A stretch of DNA of 64,000 bases from a virus (lineage: Duplodnaviria; Caudoviricetes). The notes beneath the pieces were generated by a model. It was not told where the DNA came from. It worked only from the letters and a program-made list of their open reading frames with translations, and did no database searches. Of this stretch, positions 58,787-64,000 are shown one piece after another. Location of the stretch: positions 13 to 64,012 of the IMG/VR virus record IMGVR_UViG_3300025872_000056; one strand, 5' to 3'. A program made the translations under genes and the position numbers. Position 1 is the stretch's first letter; every line of letters begins with the position of its first letter.

Positions 58787-61100
58787 TCAGATTTCCTCGT
58801 CATCCCCCATGCTGCGGTCGAAATCCGCCATGAAGGAGTCATCGCCGTCATCCTCGTCCTGATCGCTTTCATCCACCTTCATCTCGTAGAGGAAGGCAGT
58901 CTGAAGGATGCTGAACATTAGAGCCTTCTCCATCGGAGAAAACTCGCTTGGCTGATGGTCGTTCATCAACTTCTTGACAGACGAAACAAGAAGATTACGA
59001 ATCTTGTTGTCGTTGAACCACATCTTGCCCTTCTCGTTGAGGGGAAGGCTGATGCCGTACTGAAGGCTCATCAGGACGGAACTGATTTGCGGCTTGCAGC
59101 CCTTGGCTGCGCGGCCCTGTTCGTATTCCATCACCTTGTTGTATTCCGCAATCTCCGCATCGCTGAAAACTGACATTGTGTTGCTCCTGTTTGAAGTGAA
59201 AGTTAGATCAATCTCCGTCGCCGCCATCGCAGTCATCGATCAGATCCTCAAGAGGATCATCTTCAGGACTCCACCTGTTTGCATCGCGCAACTCGTCCTC
59301 ATCGTCGCCGTCAAAATCGGCATTGGTGAAGTCATCGTCGCCGTTGTCAAGATCGATGATCCGCTTCTCGTACATCGGGCCGTCATAAAGGGGAAAACTG
59401 CTCATCTGTTGCTCCTTGTGAATCAATCTTCCATGTTGCCCATCACAACACTAGAACATTCACGGTGAATGTCCGCAGTAGTGTTCTCCTTGAACCACTT
59501 GACGAAACCATCATAGTCATCGCCTACCAAGAGAATGTTGCCGTCAAAGAAGGCCATCATCTCCTTGTGAATAGCCGCAGCCATAGCCTTGGCATCGTAG
59601 GCATTGTCAGTCAGAATGTTCCTCATCACCATCGAATGCCGCACGGCATGGAGGGAGTAGAGGGTGTTGAGTGCCATGCGTTCTGCGTCAGTCATCGTCG
59701 TTCTCCTGTATCACCATTGTAGCAGAGGCAGGGAGCGGGTCAAGGGGTGCAACGAACTTTTTTTCAGAATTTTTTGCTGCAATTTTGGCGAACTGTTGGT
59801 TGGACTGATAACCTTCAACCAACTTTGCCATAACTTGCCTGCGTAGTTCTGCCTGATCTTCAGGTGAAAGGAAATCCAATGCCTTGTCATTGAATGAGAA
59901 CAAGTCAGGATCTTCAACCAAATTAAGGTTGCCATTCCTGTATTGGAACCAACATGAATTTGTCTGCTCGTTCAATTCTCCGTAATTGAACACAACATAC
60001 ATCTCATGGGTTTTTGGAAAGACATCTAGTTTCTCAATCAGCATCAGAGGCCCAACTCCTCGTCAAGTGCGGCAAGTTTGTCAAGACTTTCCTGCTGCTT
60101 CATGTTGCTTGATTCGTAGTCATCTTCAGCCGAATCAAGAATGTGTTGCGGCATATCGGTATCAACAAGATCGACAAGATCATCGACAACCTTGAAGGGA
60201 AGATCCTTGGCCTTCCAAGTTTGAGAAGTCCCATCGCGGAAGATTTCCACAACTTCCGTAATGTTGATCGAATCTATCTCATAACGGGTGAGGGGAAACC
60301 CTGCAAGCGGCTCCGGGGAAACGCGAGTCCACTTGATTTGGAATGCAATCTCCAAGAGATCGCAGCCCTCCAACGCATTCCTCACGGCAGGCGTAAAGTT
60401 CTTTGCGAAAATGTACCGGGTGTAGACCTTGTTCATGCCTTTACCATTCCGTTCGTTGTTACCATCACAGAAAGAGCGTTCAGGAAGTCAAGAACCTGTT
60501 GCGGGGAAAGAGAAGGAAGAACCTTGTCATCCTGATAATCAAATCCCGGAACATGGACAAAATCACCAAGAGCATCCAAGGCCGCGACTTCCGCAGTCAT
60601 CGCAGCGGAGAAATCCTTTGGATCTTTCCTCACGCAGTAATGCCCCATTCCCCATCGGACACTTGCCTTGAGGCCATTCGGGAAAACAATCGTAAACCCG
60701 TTCGGGTACAGAGTGAAGTTTTGCAGATCAGAGGGGTTCATACTGTAATCTCCTTGTTCTTCAGATTGTCGAACATTCGTTCAACCTCGCTGACTTTCTT
60801 CTTGTTCTGTCTCTTTGCAAGATCAATCACGGTTATGAGAGATTCATGCTTGCGGCCAATCTTATTGTGCTTTGTTAGAAACTCACCGTACTCTTTGCTA
60901 GTGATCAAACCAACTTGCACATACGCAAACATCACTCCATAGGAACGATCTTCTGATTTTGCGGCATCCCTGATCAAATCTTCCATGCGGGTATCAATGT
61001 TGTCGGCCTTTGAGAGAAATTCAACCTTTCCCTCGTAGATGGAAAGAGCAGACTCAATCTCAATCTTTGCGGCGGTCGCCATATGCTGTTTCGTTGCCAT
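58787..61100 (-). CDS. run of small early genes (58787-59177, 59208-59426, 59423-59695, 59688-60044, 60044-60436, 60433-60741, 60738-61100)
   Basis: Overlapping stop/start chain on minus strand. Confidence 0.6.
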
Positions 61101-61184
61101 GTTCATATGGTAGCAGGGGCTACCGGGGAGTCAAGGGGGGAAGTGAACTTTTTTTCGGAATTTTTTTCGGACAGATTTAACGAA

Positions 61185-61557
61185 AGCCCCCCGGAGTCTT
61201 GCAAAACTCCGGGGGGTTCGCTCCATGCACTCAAGGAGTATCCATTAGATTATGAAGTTTGTGAGGCATCTACCACAAACTTCCGCACAAATCAGGGGGA
61301 TATCCTATTGCCCTGATATTTTTCGCCCGACAAGTTTGTACGAACTTGGTCGAACGCCATGCGTAGATGCGGGGTGGATCGGTCGCGGTTTCTCCCCAAC
61401 TAGGGAAGGTATTGGCCTCTTGAGCCACCAACCGTCTTACTTCCGATCCGGTGCGCCAATCAACCGATTGGCTCCCCGCCGCTTTGGGCCTAACTACACT
61501 ATTTTAACTCGCCCAAACGAGCAGTATGAAGAAGCGCATTCGCCTCGTTGTCGTATA
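61185..61557 (-). ncRNA. putative large structured ncRNA (about 370 nt)
   Basis: Own promoter TTGACA-N16-TACCAT (61563-61590), terminator hairpin 61185-61218, many stems, no sense ORF. Confidence 0.65.
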
Positions 61558-61632
61558 CGCATATGGTATCAGGTGCGTATCGCCTGTCAAGCCCTGTTCA
61601 CGCTTTTTCTCACATTTTTTTGTGAGAGAGAT

Positions 61633-63757
61633 TTAGCGGGATTCCTTGCCCGTCAGGATATAGGGCAAGATATCCAAGGTCATGGTTCCGATAAAGAGAA
61701 GGGCAAACAGGGCAAACATCCCTGCAATTCCCCGCATCATCGGATCGTTGTCTGAATCAAGGGCAATCCAAAGTTGGAAGCCGATGATCGACCAACAGAA
61801 AATAATAGAAGCAGCCGTCAGGACGCGCTCAAGAGTCTTTTTCATTTCTTTCTCTTTTTGAAGGAGGACTTTTTCAGAGATTTTTCTTCCGCAGTTTCAG
61901 GCAGTTCGTTCAAAACTATGTCTGCTGCCTCTGCCACGGTAAGATTGGGGAATCTCTGTCGAACCAATCTTATCAATGCAATTGCATTTGAAAATGCCTT
62001 TGGGTCGTGTTCGATCATTTCAGATCGTTCTCAACAGTTCGTTGCATTTTGCAAACTTTTCAGTAAGCATCTGCAAAGTTTCGTATGAAGGATCGTCAGA
62101 TTCCACCAAATCGTGAATGGAAACTTTCAGAACTTCACAGTAATCCAACAGAAGATCGTACAGATCGTCGTACTGCTGTTGGGAAAGATTGATTCTAGCC
62201 GGGGCAGGATCAATCGTCGTAAATTTTTCGGGATCAGCCATCGTTGGTTTCCTCGAAATCCTTCTGATCCCCGTAGAGATCGGGCCAATTCCTCTCAACC
62301 GCAATCATCTGCGGACAGGAGAGGCCATTCTCTGCGCCGTTCAGGGTAGAGGAAAGTTCACAAATTTCCCTACGCAGATCGTCACGCTCACGAATGAGTT
62401 GGGCGATTCGCTCCTCGTAGATCATCTTCTGTTCCACAAGCACGGTTCGGATCATATCAGGCATCGTTCTGCTTTCTTTGGGCGTAGCGTTCTACCTTGA
62501 TTCCGTACTCAATCATGTTCAGCATCTCGTAAACCTTACGAGAAGGGTATCCACCGAAAGTGACGCATTCAACGCCAAGTTCCGGCGAATCAGGAATTTC
62601 AATCAAGCGGCCCAACCCGTAGGCTCTGCCACTCCTTGAGAGAAAGAAGGTTCCGGGGAATCCGGGCTTGAGGTTTAGAGTCTGATTGACTCTCTCAACC
62701 ACATCGATCAGGACTTGCTCTGTGATTCGTATTGGCATGGCTGAATGATACCCCATGAGGGGAGGGAGTCAACCCTGAAAGTGTCCCGAATGTGAAATTT
62801 TTTTCACAGAGGACGATTCTTGAACACATACGGCAAAATTCCAAGACCGAATGTGAACATCCACGATGCGTAGATTGCTCCAACCCCGACAACCGACAGG
62901 GAGAGAAAATCACCCCAAGTCTCTCCCTTGAAGATTGCGAGGTAGAGAAGGACAAATCCACAGCACCACATCGTCAGGGTGGCAGCACCCATGAAAATTC
63001 TATCTGAAATCGTTCCGGGTTGCAGAAACTTCATTTCGTTTCTCCTCAATTTTTTTTCAGGAAGTTTTCCAATAGCCGTAGACGCACCGCTTCCCGGCCC
63101 GTGAGCAGTCATGGTTGTCGTGAATTACCCCGTCAACCATAGCGACGAGGTGCTTGCTTACCCGCACGACAAGTCTGCCGGAAGGAAGTTCAGAGGGATT
63201 CAGGTGAACCCGGCATCCGCTTCCCCGGCACATCGTCGCAGTCCACAGAAAACCATGATCTTCCATGTACCGCTTGAACCAATTTTCCCGCACCTGAACC
63301 CCGCTGTCAGGGTTGGAGCCGGAAAGATTCCACAGATCAGCGTGAACTTCTGCGTAATTTCTACGCATGGCGATAGCCAAGGCCCGGACTACGCAGTCGC
63401 CCACCCGCTTTCGGCCAAACTTGCCGGAAGCACTCCTCCCCCCATCGTCAAAGATGAAAGGAATTTTTTCAACTTTCATTGAAACAGCCTTTCCTGTTCG
63501 GTTGCGGCAAACTTCTTTTCTTCTTCCTTGTCTTGGAGCAACTTCACACCAAGTACCATGAAGTTCATGGCATCGTAAACTTCCTTCTTTGGCCTGAAGC
63601 CCATCGTGATGGTTTCCTTGCCTTTGCCACGGGTGCGCTGCAACTGAAAGCCCCCGTAGGCCATCTGAAGGGTGAAATCATCCTGATCCTTGGTCGTGCC
63701 AAGGGCAGCATTCAAGCGGGAAAGACCGTGATAGAGGATTCGTGTGGTGACTCGCAT
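61633..63757 (-). CDS. run of small early genes (61633-61845, 62020-62241, 62234-62464, 62457-62738, 62804-63034, 63057-63479, 63476-63757)
   Basis: Coupled ORFs; 63057 has GDCVVRALAIA motif. Confidence 0.6.
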
Positions 63758-64000
63758 GGGTGTATTGTACCAACGCTAGGCCGGGGTCAACCCCCAAAGT
63801 TCCCACTTTCTCACATTTTTTGGTTCAGGTCAAATTTGTCAAGAATATTGAACAATTCTATTTCTTGATCAAGATTGAAGTTTGGATCAATCTGCCTGCA
63901 AATGGTAAAGATTCTGTCAAATTTCTTTGACAAATCAATATTGTAATTTCTCACGAAATCTATCTTGTCTTTCTGCAATCTTCCATTCCTGTGCAAAGGA

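Larger units (their letters stand above)
50505..63790 (-). promoter_or_regulatory. at least 13 sigma70-like early promoters
   Basis: TTGAC(A/T/C)-N15-17-TA(C/T/G)(A/C/G)AT with -10 at about 50505, 51652, 54000, 55352, 55855, 56944, 57675 (TAGACA), 58412, 59716, 61107, 61563, 62745, 63764. Confidence 0.75.

Noticed and set aside
61252-61755. 167-aa plus-strand ORF
   Set aside because: Antisense to the local transcription unit, spans the promoter and structured RNA, no recognisable motif

Overview
A 64-kb segment of a large T4-like tailed dsDNA phage, probably freshwater. 1-48 kb is AT-rich. It holds tail/adhesin genes, a late lysis-like cassette, the replication core (gp43 polymerase, UvsX, gp41 helicase, gp61 primase, ThyX, class II NrdJ, dUTPase), nucleases, putative head/internal proteins with TATAAATA late promoters, and a block of FN3/carbohydrate-binding virion proteins. 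48-64 kb is visibly more GC-rich, transcribed on the minus strand from many sigma70-like promoters. It holds small early genes, a MoxR-AAA/VWA pair and tRNAs. Eight tRNAs were read by eye. Best leads: (1) a split-FN3 system in which five orphan N-half and five orphan C-half fibronectin-III modules are spread over six proteins, including a hub with three N-halves, suggesting a branched virion appendage built by fold complementation; (2) a circularly permuted two-piece tmRNA with tag ATTKAAPMRMAA; (3) four unassigned structured non-coding regions, one about 370 nt with long-range pairings and its own promoter and terminator; (4) a VPAPG-type PEP-CTERM protein hinting at a Phycisphaerae/Planctomycetota host; (5) widespread leaderless genes. 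All calls come from reading the sequence. No searches or folding programs were run.
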